64,000 nucleotides of DNA from the human T2T-CHM13v2.0 reference genome, Homo sapiens, in NCBI RefSeq assembly GCF_009914755.1, contig NC_060926.1. The stretch is one strand, 5' to 3'. Under the pieces are notes generated by a model. The model ran no database searches. It saw nothing but the letters and a program-made list of their open reading frames with translations, and was not told the origin of the DNA. Numbering within the stretch: the first letter of the stretch is position 1; each line of letters opens with the position of its first letter. This document shows, one piece after another, positions 30,972 through 45,833 of this stretch. The translations under genes were made by a program, and so were the position numbers.

Positions 30972-31395
30972 TTGTATCCATCAAGGATCTGTTACCAAAA
31001 CCAAAACCCATTTGCAGTCGTTTCAGCAGAAAAAGGAGTTTATTAGAGGATATGAGGATACTTTCAAAATTTCTAGAGGGCCAGAAAGTCAGGCTTGTAG
31101 GCCAGCAGGTCAGAACAAGGCTCAAACCAACCACACCCTGGGAGTGAGTCAGAAAGGGTCTCTGCAGCTGCCTCCAAGTCTAGACCCCCTCAGCACAGCT
31201 CATGCCATTGTTGCCCCTAGGATCTGGACACACTACTGCCACCCTTTCTAGCAAATGGATTCTGCACAGTTGGCTTGCTCATGGGCTCAATTCCAAATGA
31301 AGCTGTTTGTTAGACTATCTGATTGGCAGAGCCTGGGTCACATGGTGAGGTCTAGCTGCAAGGGAATCAGGGAAAGTCAGTTTTCTGGTTTCAGC
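30972..31395. mobile_element. Old MLT1-like LTR remnant
   Basis: CAGCAGAAAAAGGAGTTTATT...TCTGATTGGCAGAGCCTGGGTCACATG...CTAGCTGCAAGGGA. Confidence 0.5.
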
Positions 31396-31980
31396 TGTGG
31401 GGAGGTAAGAACCTCTAGGGTGGGAAAGTCCCCAAATATGGGAATGATGTCAAGCATTTTGGGCTTAACTGCTTTCACATCATCACATGGTCTGCTGTGG
31501 TCAGGAAGGCTGGAGAGGGGCAGAGAGGGGCAATCATCTTTGTAGAAATAAAAAAGAATAAACAAGCCTCAAATAACCAAACCCCAAACCCAACCATTTG
31601 GGAAATTAAGAAATGCTACCTCTTGAAAACTTTGTCCATTTATTTGCAATAAGTCTAACAAACCCTCTCAAGAGGTGGTGCTCAAGGGAGCTGTGCAGTG
31701 GGTTTGGATGAATGTGCAACCAACGCTGAACAAACATCCCTATTAAAGGGCGTGTTGTTCCAGGTTACAGTTTCTCTCAAGCTAAGGGCAGATCCTTTCT
31801 CTCAAAGACACAAACTGGAAAGCCCTGACTCAGGTGCCCAAATTAGGTTTGTGGGGTGGTGGGTCAAGGATTGGAAGGACCCAACAGGACAGAAGTATGA
31901 GATGGAAGCATTTTGGCATATCCAGAGGGAGATGGGTTAAGGAAGCAAGATGAAGTTCGGGCAGAGAAGCTGCTTTCTTA

Positions 31981-32316
<336 letters not shown>

Positions 32317-33218
32317 TTAAAGCAACTCCTAATGAGATCATGATTTTCATTGATACAAGAAGCTGGTTGAGTTGGCAGAGCGTTTTTTTGTATTAATGGA
32401 AACAAATTACAGCTTAATTCAGATAATAAATAATGCACTTCTAAACACAAAGCAAAATGTATTAAACAAATGGCTGTGGAATAGAAGGTCAAAATGAAAC
32501 TGTGGTAAGGTGATTTCTCTGCAGCTCAATATTTTCTGTTTATAGTCTGACTTGGAGCCAAAAATAGGATTCTCATTCAGTTGTATTATTAAAAATAAAA
32601 CGATCTAGTAAGTTAAAAATGGAAGTCTGATGAATCCTCTAGTATTATGTATATAATATAGGCATGTCAAGAGAGAAAATATTAACTAATTATTTTAATG
32701 ATTTAATAAAAACCAGAATTTCTTAACTGATTATCTAGCAAGTTAAAAACATTGCACACCACTTAAACGTAACAAACTTTTTCTTATCCACATACCTACA
32801 CACGCACCACCTGACATCACTTGACTATGTTTTTGGTATCAGCCTCCCTCTGAGACTTGTACTAATTTTATTTCAGTGCTTTTCTTCTACAACGGTGGTT
32901 CTTAAACTTTTGGGGAGCTCATAAATCCCTTTAGTATTTGACTGTCTCCCTTAAGAATTGCAGTCTCATCTTACTCCTGCAACAAATTTCAAGCAGTTTC
33001 GTGGACCGCCAATTAAACTTCTGCCTTAAACCTCAGCTTTCTCCCCATAAATCATGGCAAAGGGAGACAGGGAGCTCAGGCTGGTGTCGGTGATGACATC
33101 TGCAAGGATGGAAAGTCCCCACTGGGACTGCTTGTATGTAGTCCCCTGAAATACTGGATTCAGTGGTGCCAGCTTAATGGCCAGGAGAAGTTTTGTACCA
33201 GGAACTAACCGATTAGCG

Positions 33219-33523
33219 TTTTTTTTTTGTTTTTTTTTTTTTTGAAACAGGGTCTGGTTCTGTCATCCATGCTGGAGTACAGTGTACAGTCTTGGCTCAC
33301 TGCAGCTTTGGCCCCCTGGGCTCAAGCGATCCTCCCACCTCAGCCTCCCGACTAGCTGGGACTGCAGGCATGCGCCACCAAGCCCAGCTAATTTTTGTAT
33401 TTTTTGCAGAGACAAGATTTGCCACATTGTCCAGGCTGGTCTCAAATGCCTAAGCTCAAGCGATCTACCCACCTCGGCCTCCCAAAGTGCTGGGATTATA
33501 GGCCTGAGCCACTGCACTGGCCT
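33219..33523 (-). mobile_element. AluJ
   Basis: CTGGGCTCAAGCGATCCTCCCACCTCAGCC; GATTAG on both flanks. Confidence 0.92.
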
Positions 33524-34199
33524 GATTAGTTTTTAATAACTATAGTGTGCTAGGTAGAATGGAGGTGGAAATGGCTACAGCACTGCTGCCTTCTGGTTGC
33601 CTGGGACCGTCTGTGTCTGCCCCACCTCCATAACAAAACAGACCCTGCCAGCACCACTACAACGCCTTCCCCCCAGGAATCCTGCGGTGTTAGTGCTTTT
33701 GAAATATACATTCTTGTTAAGTTCTTAATGATGAAGAATAGCTTCCTCATTGAGTTTCTACTTCTAAGTATACATATACATTTTGAGAGGAAGGAGCTTT
33801 TATGTTTTAACTCAAAGGGTGTCTAATGGCAAAGTCCTCTCTGATTGGTCTGGGCACGGGGGACAGCAATTGGGAGCAGAGTTTGGGGATGGGTCCTTTC
33901 TAAAATCCCTAAAACTCCTGAACAGAAGATAGTCATTTAATTGCAAAATTACACATAAGGATGAAAATGAAATACCTTTTTGGAGGATTAACAGGAAATA
34001 TAAATTTCTGTAAGGAGGTAGTGGAAGTTCTTTTCCAAAGAGGTGTTGTGGTAAGGCTTCAAGGTTTCAGATAAAAAGTCTGGTTCTAATCCTGATTCTG
34101 CATTCTACTAATTCAGTGGAGATAGAGGAACTTTAGGGCTCCTCAAAAAGTTCAGGCCTCACTTTGTGGCTTTAAGTTTTGAATATTGCCAATGTAGCC

Positions 34200-34330
34200 A
34201 TGGCAGTAATTTTGGGAAAATTTCCAACTTCCTGAGCCCAGTTTCCTCATCTGTAAAATGACACACCTGCCTCCCAGTGTTGTTATGTGGAATTAAGGAA
34301 ATAATACCTGCTATGTATTTAATCAGGTCT
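34200..34330 (+). mobile_element. MIR fragment
   Basis: CCTGAGCCCAGTTTCCTCATCTGTAAAATG core. Confidence 0.75.
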
Positions 34331-34385
34331 AAGGTTCTTATTTCCACCCATACATTAGAAAGGTCTCTGATATTGGGATGGCATC

Positions 34386-35414
34386 CAGGGGTCTAGACAA
34401 CCCCAGTTTTATGGGGCCTGAACTCTATATTATTCAGGGACCTTTATAAAAAAGAGAAAATAATACGTGCAAAATTAGGTAAGAACATGAATATTTGTTT
34501 AAATGGGAAAATCACAACAAACCACAAATTTTAAAAAGGTGATATAAATCACAAACAACATAAAATACCATAATATTTGTAAAAATTAACTGCCTGGCCC
34601 ACTTCTGTTATACTTCTTTGCCCTGCATTTTTGGAGGGGAGTGGGCTGTATGACAATGAATTCGTTATGTCTGTTTTCTATAGAGAGAATAGACAGTTCA
34701 GTCTTCCTTCTCAATGGTTGACGAAAATTTATTTTTTACTATCAACAGTAAAATGTGTGTTTTCCAGCTTCACAACTGTTTTTGGTAATGTCATATAAAT
34801 CTTGAGAGTTTTTTTTGTCAAATTTGGGGAAAACCTCTATGAAGTTTCTTTCCTATATGAACTATGAGATTTGGGAAAATTTTCCACAGACCAAATTCTG
34901 GCTCACACACTTCACACCTTGTTTATTTTCTGCTGCCCAGGCCATATGCTGCTGGCGAGTGTGGTGGGATGTATTTATATTGGATACAGCCTGGAGCCCT
35001 GCACTGGAGCTTCTTACTGCCAGGAGAGCTAGTGTGGTGGAGGGGAGAAGCGGTGAAGCCATTTCTATCCCAGCATGCCCAGCAGTAAGTTAACTGCACA
35101 GACCACATACAAACGTCCCACTGAACCCAGACTAAATGTATCCCCAGCTCAACTTCCCCTTTAATAGGATCCCCAAGTTGCCCATAGCCACTCCAGTGCC
35201 ACCCACATAAGGGGAAGTGTGACAGAGGGGAAGTCAGAGTGTAAAGAGACAGTGGTCTAACTGATTGCAGTTAAAATATCTTTTGCAAATTTTACAAAAA
35301 TATATGGCCACGTGAACACACTGCTGGCCCCTCTCCAAGAACATTGGAAGGGCCCATGCAAATGAAGGGCCCTGAGGCTGAAACTCTCTTAGCTTCCCAG
35401 TAAATACACCCTGG
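34386..35414. mobile_element. hAT-Tip100 fossil (Zaphod/MER115-like)
   Basis: Left end CAGGGG...TTTTATGGGGCCTGAA; right end GGAAGGGCCCATGCAAATGAAGGGCCCTGAGGCTG...TTAGCTTCCCAGTAAATACACCCTG. Confidence 0.6.
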
Positions 35415-36224
35415 ATGGCATCTTTCAATTAATCGGCAGTAGGTTTGCTTTCCTGCTGGGCGTGTTACAGTTGGTGGCAACTTAGATTTGGTATCATATA
35501 TGTAAAGCACCCCATATGGTGCCTGGCACACACTGGAGGCTCACTAAGTGTTCCTTCCTCCCTTCCCTTAGTGAAAAATCAGCAAACAGAGCTCCATCCC
35601 TGGCAGGGGACTATGTCCTTCAAGTGTGTTATTGAAGAATCAGCCTTGTAGAAGTTGATATTCCATTAGTTTGCCTATAAAATTTTTAAATTGCAGTTTT
35701 TGAATTTATGGATCTTAGTTCAAGGTCAATAAAAAGTGATTGATGGGTAACCAGCGTGTGCCCAGGGACAGAAGTTGTCCTCCTGTTGCTTTGTCAGTGG
35801 TCGATGATAATGTACTCGTTTCCAGCCAACCCCTAAAAAGGCAAACCCATCGCTAAGAAACAGAAGAAAAAAGAACAAAATGGACTACACTGTATTAAAG
35901 ACACCTGAGTTCTGTAGAGGAGAGTTTTCCCAGAATCAGCCCAACACTGCCCTATCACCTACCTGAAGGGCATGTGCCAGACAGTCTGAGCTCATCAGAT
36001 TCAGGACATGAGGAAAGTTATCTTGGTTTTCCTTTCTACTCTCCCTTCTTCCCTTCACTCTTTCCTTTCCTCCATCTTGTCCACATTTTCTAGACTGCTT
36101 ACTGTCACTTTCTGAAACAAGAAAAAGATTCCACTTTTCATTGCTTATTAATGCTAAATGACTACCCATTCCCTCGAAGCTATTAATATATATATAAAGA
36201 AGTAGGGCATGGAGTGCTGAAATG

Positions 36225-37345
<1,121 letters not shown>

Positions 37346-38199
37346 CAGGGGGTGTGGGAAGCCCATTTCTGAGTCAGTTAGAAGGCATATATATTTTCTT
37401 CCTTTGCCGTCACTTTACGTTTGTAATTCTGAGGCTCTCTACACGGTTCACTTGGGACTGTATGTTAAGGCTGCTGTTAACTATAAAACAGGTTAAACTG
37501 TATTTCAGAGTAGGCTCATTTCTAGAATGAGCAAGAAATTTGCTGGAAAAAAGAGGTGTAATGAAAAAGGAAGCTTCTTTCTATTTCTGATGAGGAGCTT
37601 GGTATGTCTGTAGTTTGATTTTGTAACAATTGTTTTCCCTGAAGTAATTTGGATGCTGCATTAGTCTGATTATTATGATTTCCTGTTTAGAACCCAGATA
37701 CCTTCTCGATATGTCCCCAATAGCATATTTCTGGAAATGACTTCAACCAATTACATTAGCTCTCATTCCCTTGGTTTCTATGTGGTTGACCAGACAGGAA
37801 TCAGGCTGCCTGAGTGTGCAATCCAGATAGCAAGAGGCAGTCGGTAGAGAGAGTGTGAAATTGCCCTGAGATACTGTGTGGTCTGCAGGCGGGTCCAAGT
37901 GAAGGAATGTGATGCAGCTGAGGCCTCGGGGGTGGGGCCGGGGGGCATATTTTTGATGTCTGAAATATCTTGACCAACTGGCCTTTCAGGGATAATTTTG
38001 ATGACCATGTTTCATCTGGTGCCGAGTCTACTTCTGGTGCTTGACTCATGAAGGTATCAGTGATGACAAGGATAATGAAATTTATCTTCAAACCTACTCC
38101 CCTTAAATGTAGTAGATGTAAGCACTGGGACAAATCTGAAAAGAGTCTTCAGCATCTCCTTAAGGTTACTACTATTATGGATAATAGTGCTGTATCATT

Positions 38200-38345
38200 T
38201 ACAAAACCATAGCCATATTGTGCAGCAGGTATTATTATTCCTGTTTTACAGATGTGTAAACTGAGGCACAGAGAGGTTCAGGGATATACTAATGTTGCCT
38301 ACCGAGTGAGCAGTGGAGGTGGGATTTGACCCCAGTTGCCTGAAT
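38200..38345 (-). mobile_element. MIR
   Basis: GTATTATTATTCCTGTTTTACAGATGTGTAAACTGAGGCACAGAGAGGTT. Confidence 0.8.
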
Positions 38346-38940
38346 CCAAATCATCCCGTTCCCATCTTCTCCCCTAATGATGTCATGCCCCATGCTGCAT
38401 CGGTGGAGGGGTTTTATGGGAGAGTGACAGGAGCCTTCAGCTCCTTCTGTGGTACCCCTTGCACTCTGTGAATCCACCAAGGGAGGAGAACACTCCAAGA
38501 CTGCCCCAAAGGGGTATGTGCCCTCGCCTGCGCAGATGCTGGCTGTCAGAGGACTGAGGAATTTCCCCAGGGGGAGATTTTCCCAACCACTACATTAACC
38601 TGTTCAAAGATCCTGTCCAGCTCTGCAAGATTAGCTGAGATCTGAGGCATTTAGCATGGAAAGAACACATTCTTCTAAAGAGTCATTTCAGCCATTCTAC
38701 CTATGCACATCTGAGTTTAAAAAAGGAGAGAAAGAGGGCAAACCTACTTCAAAGTGGCCTATTTGGCAGTTGAGCATTGGAAAGCTAATGATAATGACAA
38801 AAACTGAAAACAGGAGGCACTCTCTTATGGTGTCTTGTCCTCTAGATATGCATAAGACATGCAAAGGCACTGTGGAACTCGATGAAACACTCAGCCTGCA
38901 AGAGTGCAGTGGGGAACAAAATACTCAGAAAGTAGAGACT

Positions 38941-39231
38941 GTTTTATTTATGGGATGGGGTCTCACTTTGTTCCCCAGGCTGGAGTGCAGCGGTGCAATC
39001 ATAGCTCACTGTAGCCTTGAACTCCTGGGCTCAAGTGATTCTCCTACACCAGCCTCCTGAGTAGCTAGGACTACAGTGCATACCACCATGGCCACTAATT
39101 TTTTAATAAATATTTTGTAGAGACAGGGTCCTGCTCTATTGTCTAGACTGGCTTCAAACTCCTGGCCTCAAGCGATCCTCCTGCCTCAGCTTGGTTGCTG
39201 AGGCAACAGGGGCACGACACTGGTCTTGGCC
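38941..39231 (-). mobile_element. AluJ, degraded
   Basis: ATAGCTCACTGTAGCCTTGAACTCCTGGGCTCAAGTGAT. Confidence 0.88.
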
Positions 39232-40087
39232 AACATTTTAAACTTTATTTGGCAAAACCAATTCTTTTGCTACTTCCCTACTGCACTCAGGATGGGGACA
39301 CAGGAGCTGGGAGAAATTTCACCAAGAAAGAAGTGGTTATGTACAGCACAGACAATAGGCTGGCAGGTTTCATTTCCCCCCAGTCCTATAAAAGAAAGCA
39401 TGTAACTTGAAACCAGTTTAATGAAGTAACTCCAGGATTCCAGTAGCTGGTTACTCTGGGCCAGAAAGCCTGGAACCACCAAGATTCCTAAGGATGTGGT
39501 GGACAGGGGCTGGGCACCCACGAGGCTGCAGCAGCTGTCAGCCATTATCCCTAAAATAATGCTCTTCCAGGCCTGGGAGCACAGAGGCCTTTGAGAAGGT
39601 CAGTGAGTGCGGCTGCCAGTCACAGCTTCAGTGGCTTTGCACAGCTGGGCTCCATTCTGGAATCTGGAATCCTCAGTGCAAACTGTCAGGGCTACGTGTC
39701 TGTGCTGGGCCTGCTGAGAGGCAAAATGAGTCCTTTGGGATTTGAAATCTAGCAGTTTTGGATTAGGTGAGACTAAGAGTTCTCTGGATTTAGCTGAGTC
39801 CAAGGTGCTTATTTGTGGGCAAGAAGTTCTCCCTTCCAGTGAATGAAACCTGTGCAGTGCCCCTATCCTGCTCTTCCACAGGGGCACAAAAGGCTGCTGG
39901 CACAACATGCTGTTGGTGTGGGTGAGGTCGGGTAGTTTGGAGTCAGATCAGCCTGGTTTCAAATCCTGCTGTCCCTCCACTTCTGTGATCTCTGCAAATT
40001 ACTTGTTTTGCACTATTGTTTCTTTCCTTCCTTCCTTTTGATCTCCGCAAATCACTTAACTTTTTTTTGAACTACTGTTTGGTTTAG

Positions 40088-40406
40088 TTTCCTTCCTTCC
40101 TTCCTTGCTCTCTCTCTCTCATTCTCTCGCTCTCGCTCTGTCTCTCTCTCTCTCGTCTCACTCTTCACCCAGGCTGGAGCGCAGTGGCATGATCTTGGTT
40201 CACTGCAACCTCCTCCTCCCAGGTTCAAGTGATTCTTATGCCTCAGCTGCCCCTCCAACACAACGGCTGGTTAATTTTTGTATTTCAGTAGAGACGGGGT
40301 TTGACCATGTTGGCCAGGCTGGTCTGGAAATCCCAACCTCAAGTGATCTGCCCGCCTCAGCCTCCCAAAGTGCTGGAATTACAGGCGTGAGCGACCGCAC
40401 CCGGCT
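40088..40406 (-). mobile_element. AluS with internal deletion and (CTTC)n/(CT)n tail
   Basis: GCCTCAGC is followed by a short scar then TAATTTTTGTATT; tail replaced by a compound microsatellite. Confidence 0.88.
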
Positions 40407-41620
40407 GATCAGGTTTATATTCTGTAAATGGGATGCCTTCTAATTATTTCTTGTAAACTGTGGAATGACTGAACTGATCTTAACATTTCAGTTAACCAAC
40501 GCAACAAGTAATGCAGCTGTGTGATTTTGAGACAAGTTACTTAGCCCCTCTGTGCCTCAGTTTCCTTATCTGTTCATAAAACAAGTATATTAGACTAGAG
40601 ATTATTTTCATTCCTAAATTTTGTGATGTTATAGGGCTGTTCCTGAGTGAAATTTCACAGAGGAAAGGATGTACCTCTCAATGGCTGCCATAGCTCATAT
40701 TGTGGCTTTTATGTTTGAAAAGAGACTTTCATTTTGGAAGGTGGGCGTGGTGGTTGTGATGTCCTGCAGTTTGAAGGAACAAGGCTAACAATCAGAGGGC
40801 CTGGATTAGGTACTGGCTCCACTATTTAGTGGCCGGAAAACCTTACAGGCAGAATCATTCCCTGGAAATAAAGCTCCCCTGGATACTATCTGTTCTGTAT
40901 GAGCATCTGTTCCTCTCCCATGAAATGGACATAACTGTCAGTACCTTATCTGTTGACTTCCCAAGGTGGAGTGAGAATCACATTAAATCATTTACTCAGT
41001 CAGCTTGCGCTATGCAGAAGATTTTTGGCATTTTGGTGGTATAAACCATAGGTGTGCATATAGCTCAAAAGATTCTATGCTGTGATTCTAATGAACTCTC
41101 AAACTCTTTAGATCCCAATTTTACACTGGAGCAGTGACCGTGCTTCTTGGCTGATCTCTTGGCTCTCCCTCTCCTCCATGTCCTTCCTCTACCTTCTAAA
41201 GGACGAACTGTTCATGGCTTAATAGCAACCACAGTCTACAATTTATATTCCAGAACTTTTCTCGCTTGCTAAGAAATAACTTCCATTGTTTCTATAACAA
41301 GGGAAGTAAGCAAATGACTTGAGGGGCACAGAGGTGAGTTCTGAGTTAAGTATAGGCCTGCCAGGAGTTGGCTTTCCATGAGCAAAACCCAAATTTTCAT
41401 TCAGATAGAGTATTAGCTCAGAAATCAGAACACCTACTGATCCTCAGTAGGCAACATGAATTAGGCATAAATAAATAAATAAATAGGCTGATTTATTGTT
41501 CCTTGACAATGTGGTTTAATTTTTAAATCAAAAGGAAATAATGACTATTTCAAACTAAATGTATGGACTCTTCCTGTTTTTTCCCTCTGATATAAAATTC
41601 CATAGGTCTTACTCATTCTT

Positions 41621-41717
41621 TTTTTTTGTTTAATTTAGCATCCAACCTTTATTTTTATTTTTTTGCTTTAGAACCTTTTTTTTCATGTATACTTTAAGTT
41701 TTAGGGTACATGTATAC
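41621..41717 (-). mobile_element. Extremely 5'-truncated young L1PA with probable 3' transduction
   Basis: TATACTTTAAGTTTTAGGGTACATGT is the L1PA 3' terminus; perfect 17-bp TSD AGGTCTTACTCATTCTT at 41604 and 41718; two poly-A tracts. Confidence 0.85.
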
Positions 41718-42231
41718 AGGTCTTACTCATTCTTATTGGTGATCCAATTTGAAGTACCAATAGATTAAATGATTTTCCTAAACTGGTGAGTGTCTCTCAC
41801 AAAATCCATCAGAGCTGGGGCCTGATCCCTGGGCTCTGTTCCTAATGACCATCCTACATGTCTCTATAAATAGACCATTATCAAATGGTTTTTACCGAGC
41901 TTGGATTGGATGACAATCATGACTCTCAATTTTCCTTCCTTCCCTCTCATCTGATTTTAAATTATCTCTGACAGTCAGGATGTGATAAATCTACTGTGTT
42001 CAGAGTTCGGAGTTCTGAACACAATTTTCCAACATAAGGAAGGCTAGAAATACATATTTGAGACAAAACATGGAAATCCTACCAACTGCTGGTGAATTCC
42101 CTTTGAGTTTCTCTCTTCCCTTTCAGGAAATGTTCCTTGGGTCTCCTGTCCTTGTTAGCACCAGCTTCTCCGGTCTGGTTCCAAATCATCACCTTGGCAA
42201 CATCACTTCCCACGGTCCACAAAGCTTTGGA

Positions 42232-42461
42232 CAGCCAGTCTCTATTTTGCCTTTATCGCCTATATGTTGGCCAGTAGGGTAGAGAAGTCCATGACCTTGC
42301 TCATCCCAGCTTTGTTTTGTCCAAACTCTTTTGTGCAAAGAGGAAAACCAGGATTTTAAATCATGCACTGGGCTGTGCTGACACGGTGCCCAGCAAAATA
42401 AATCACAACCCCTTTATTTTAGAGCAGCTGGAAATGGACACTTTTAATGGACAGGGGAGTC
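42232..42461 (+). repeat. Local duplication, copy 1 (probable donor)
   Basis: About 89% identical by eye to 43884-44111. Confidence 0.95.
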
Positions 42462-43117
42462 TGGCCAAAACAGGACTGGGATGAGACAGGATCATCATTT
42501 TAGAATGCTGATTTTGCAGGGAGAATGTCACTTCTCTGTTTTTATACATCCTGAGTTTTCTTCCCTTATAGGCAGCTGCTGAGCTGAAGGTGTTTCTGCA
42601 GCAAGCGTCCCACTCTCATCTGCATGCTGACTACACAGACTGGGCAAAGTCTGTATCTTTCCAGTCTGTGTGCACACAGGCTAATTTGTCATTAGCTCTG
42701 CAAAAGTCATGAGAGGAGGTTTAATTTAATAAATTAAAATATAATCCCCAAACACAAGTTTATAACCAACACTTTCATGTGCATTGAACAAGGCTTTTTC
42801 ACTTAGTTGTAAAGGGGAAAAGAACTAACACTTACACTGAGGGCCCACTAAGTCTCACAACATTGTGAGACAGGTACTATTTTGTCCCAACACCTAGCTC
42901 CTCTGGGCATTGTGCCAAATGGTGGTGGTGACGATGGGTGTTGATACTGGCAAGCAGCAGGAAAGGGGTTTCAGAGACTGCTTGCCACTGAGTCATCCTG
43001 GGAGTCATCTCTGGATAAATGGGTATGACCAACAGCACTGTGATGGTCAAGGGTACCAGCATGACACCTGTATAACTCCATCAAATTATGTTGGACTCAA
43101 TTTTGTGCCTACCTTGA

Positions 43118-43456
<339 letters not shown>

Positions 43457-43649
43457 AACACCATGATTTTTAAAATAAGACCAAGTTTCGATGTCTCTGA
43501 GGGTATCAGATGCATCAAAGGGGCTTGGACACTTGAGTATGGATGCACCCATGAAACCTGACTGTCCATTTTGTCTGGCTGATAACAGCTTAGGGGTGGG
43601 AGAAAAAAATCATCCTCTGCAGGAAAGATCTACACCCAAGAGGCAGCAA

Positions 43650-44150
43650 GGTATAGCAGTTATAAGCACAGATTTGGGGTATAGAATTTGGATTCAGATT
43701 GAGATTTATCATCCAAATTCTCTTACTTATTTCATGTGTGACATTAGGTGAGTTATTTAACCTCTTGATGCCTCACTTTCTTCAGCTATGAAATGGAGAT
43801 GATATATATAGTGCTTATCTTCCATAGGAGTTACAAATATTAAATGAATTAATATATATAAAGCATTTAAAGCAGTGCCTGGGCAGCCAGTCTCTATTTT
43901 TCCTTTATTGGCTATATGTTAGCCAATAGGGTACAGAAGTCCATGACCCTACTCATTACAGCTTTGTTTTGTCCAAACTCTTATGCAAAGAGGATAACCA
44001 GGAGTTTAAATTATGTGCTGGGTTGTGCTGGCATAGTACCCAGCAAAATAAATCACAACTCCTTTATTTTAGAGCAGCTGGAAATGGACACCTTTAATGG
44101 ACTGGGGAGTCCATTTAGCAATGTCAATATGTATTTGCTATTATTGTTGT
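43650..44150 (+). mobile_element. MIR split by the duplicated segment
   Basis: GGTGAGTTATTTAACCTC...AAAGCAGTGCCTGG | CATTTAGCAATGTCAATATGTATTTGCTATTATT. Confidence 0.8.
43884..44111 (+). repeat. Local duplication, copy 2 (inserted into MIR)
   Basis: Direct repeat of 42232-42461. Confidence 0.95.
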
Positions 44151-44159
44151 TGTGACACT

Positions 44160-44544
44160 GGTATCAGTTTACTGGGGCTCCCATAACAAAGTACCACAGA
44201 CTAGGTGGCTTAAATAATATAAATTTGTTTTTGCACAGTTTTGAAGACCAGGCATCCAAGATCAACGTGTCAATAGGGTTGGTTCCTTTAAAGGTCCACA
44301 AGAGAAGGATGTGTTCCAGGCCTTTCTCCTTGGCTTGAAGATGACCATCTTTCCCTGTCTTTTCATATCATCTTTCTTCTGCATGCCATCGGTGTCCAAA
44401 TTTCCTCTTCTTATAAGGACACCAGTCATATTGGATTTGGGCTCACTCTTGAAGACCCTATCTTCAAAAAGGTCACATTTTGAGGTACTAAGGTTTAAGA
44501 CCCCAATGTATGAATCTTTGGGGGACATAATTCTGCCTGTAATA
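44160..44544 (-). mobile_element. MLT1B/C-like MaLR LTR
   Basis: CCATAACAAAGTACCACAGACTAGGTGGCTTAAA...TTATAAGGACACCAGTCATATTGGATT...GGGGACATAATTC. Confidence 0.85.
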
Positions 44545-44727
44545 GTGCCTAAGCAAGGCTTTTGGTGAAACTCACTTTCAGAGTAGATTTTGTTCTTACA
44601 GTGTTGCCTGTTTTTTCCTTTTTTGAGTAATCATTGTAAATTTTCTGCCTTTCTCATATTATCTCCTACTTTTAAACTATTTTAAAAAATCTAAATAAGT
44701 ATCTTGGTCAAAGTTCTATAGATGCTG

Positions 44728-44860
44728 AGCTGGGTGTGGTTTTGGCATCTGTAGTCCCAGTTACTTGGGAGGCTGAGGTGGGAGGATCTCTTGAGCCCAG
44801 GAGTCCAAGAACAGCCTGGGCAACATAGTGAGAGCTTATCTCTTAAAAAGAAAACAAACA
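44728..44860 (+). mobile_element. Free Alu monomer (FLAM_A-like)
   Basis: Single monomer with A tail; TSD TTCTAT(A/G)GATGCTGA. Confidence 0.88.
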
Positions 44861-45833
44861 TTCTATGGATGCTGAATAGAATGGATTCAATGGTATCTTC
44901 CCCAAAGGAAAAAATCCATGAAATGGATTTTTTTTTTTTTACCATTCAAATGGTAACCTAATACCTAAATTTAGGAGCAGTGTCATTTTAATACATTTAA
45001 ACTTTTTTTGTTGGATCCAGCTTTATTATGTTATTATTGATAACAACCATAAGTAATCACTTTTTCAATGGATTTCTTAACTAATTCAGTTAAAAAATGC
45101 TATGTCACTCCAGTCACTAAATGTTGGTGGCCTGCGTGATTCATTACCTGTGTTTGTGAGCAGGGACTGGTCAGGTCTGGCGAGTACTAGGAGAATTCAC
45201 TTGGGGTTTGACTGGTCCACAGATTAGCCACTCAGGCTGTGTGTGTTAGGTAAGAGTTTTTGAGTGGCAAATATCAGAAATCAACTTCAGTTAGCTTAAG
45301 CAGAAAAAGGACTATATTGGGAGGATACTGGGAAATCTCACTGAATCCCAGGAATCACTAAAGTCCCAGGCCCCCAGGAGGCTGAGGACCAGGGTAGGAG
45401 TTTTGGGCGTTTATCGGGTCTCTTCCATCTGTCCCTCCAGCTCCACTCTCTTTCTTTCTCTCCTGCTCGGTGCTCCTATGGACTGTATTGATGGACGTTA
45501 TGAACTGTAGCAATAGGCTCCTATGCGCTTTGACTTCTGGTTGTGTTTGGGCAGTGATGTATTTTGTCAGGAGATCAGAGGAAGAAAGGGGAGTGAGGCC
45601 AACAGTTCATCTCCTACCTTGGCTCCTACCTTGGGTAATGCCTTGGGCTAGTCAAGTCCCTTGGCCAGTAGTCACAGGTTGTCTGCAGATGGCCTTCTGG
45701 GCATGACTTTCTCCTTCCAAGCTCTAGTAACCACTCCTGTGTTTTATCCCTTTGGCCCTAGATGTGGTAACAGCTCTGCTTTTCCCACCCCCAGGGTACT
45801 GTACTATCCCTTGAGGTTTCTCTACACCTTGAC

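Noticed and set aside
44909-44933. 11-bp inverted repeat followed by a T-run, resembling an intrinsic terminator
   Set aside because: Low-complexity A/T arms in a eukaryotic context.
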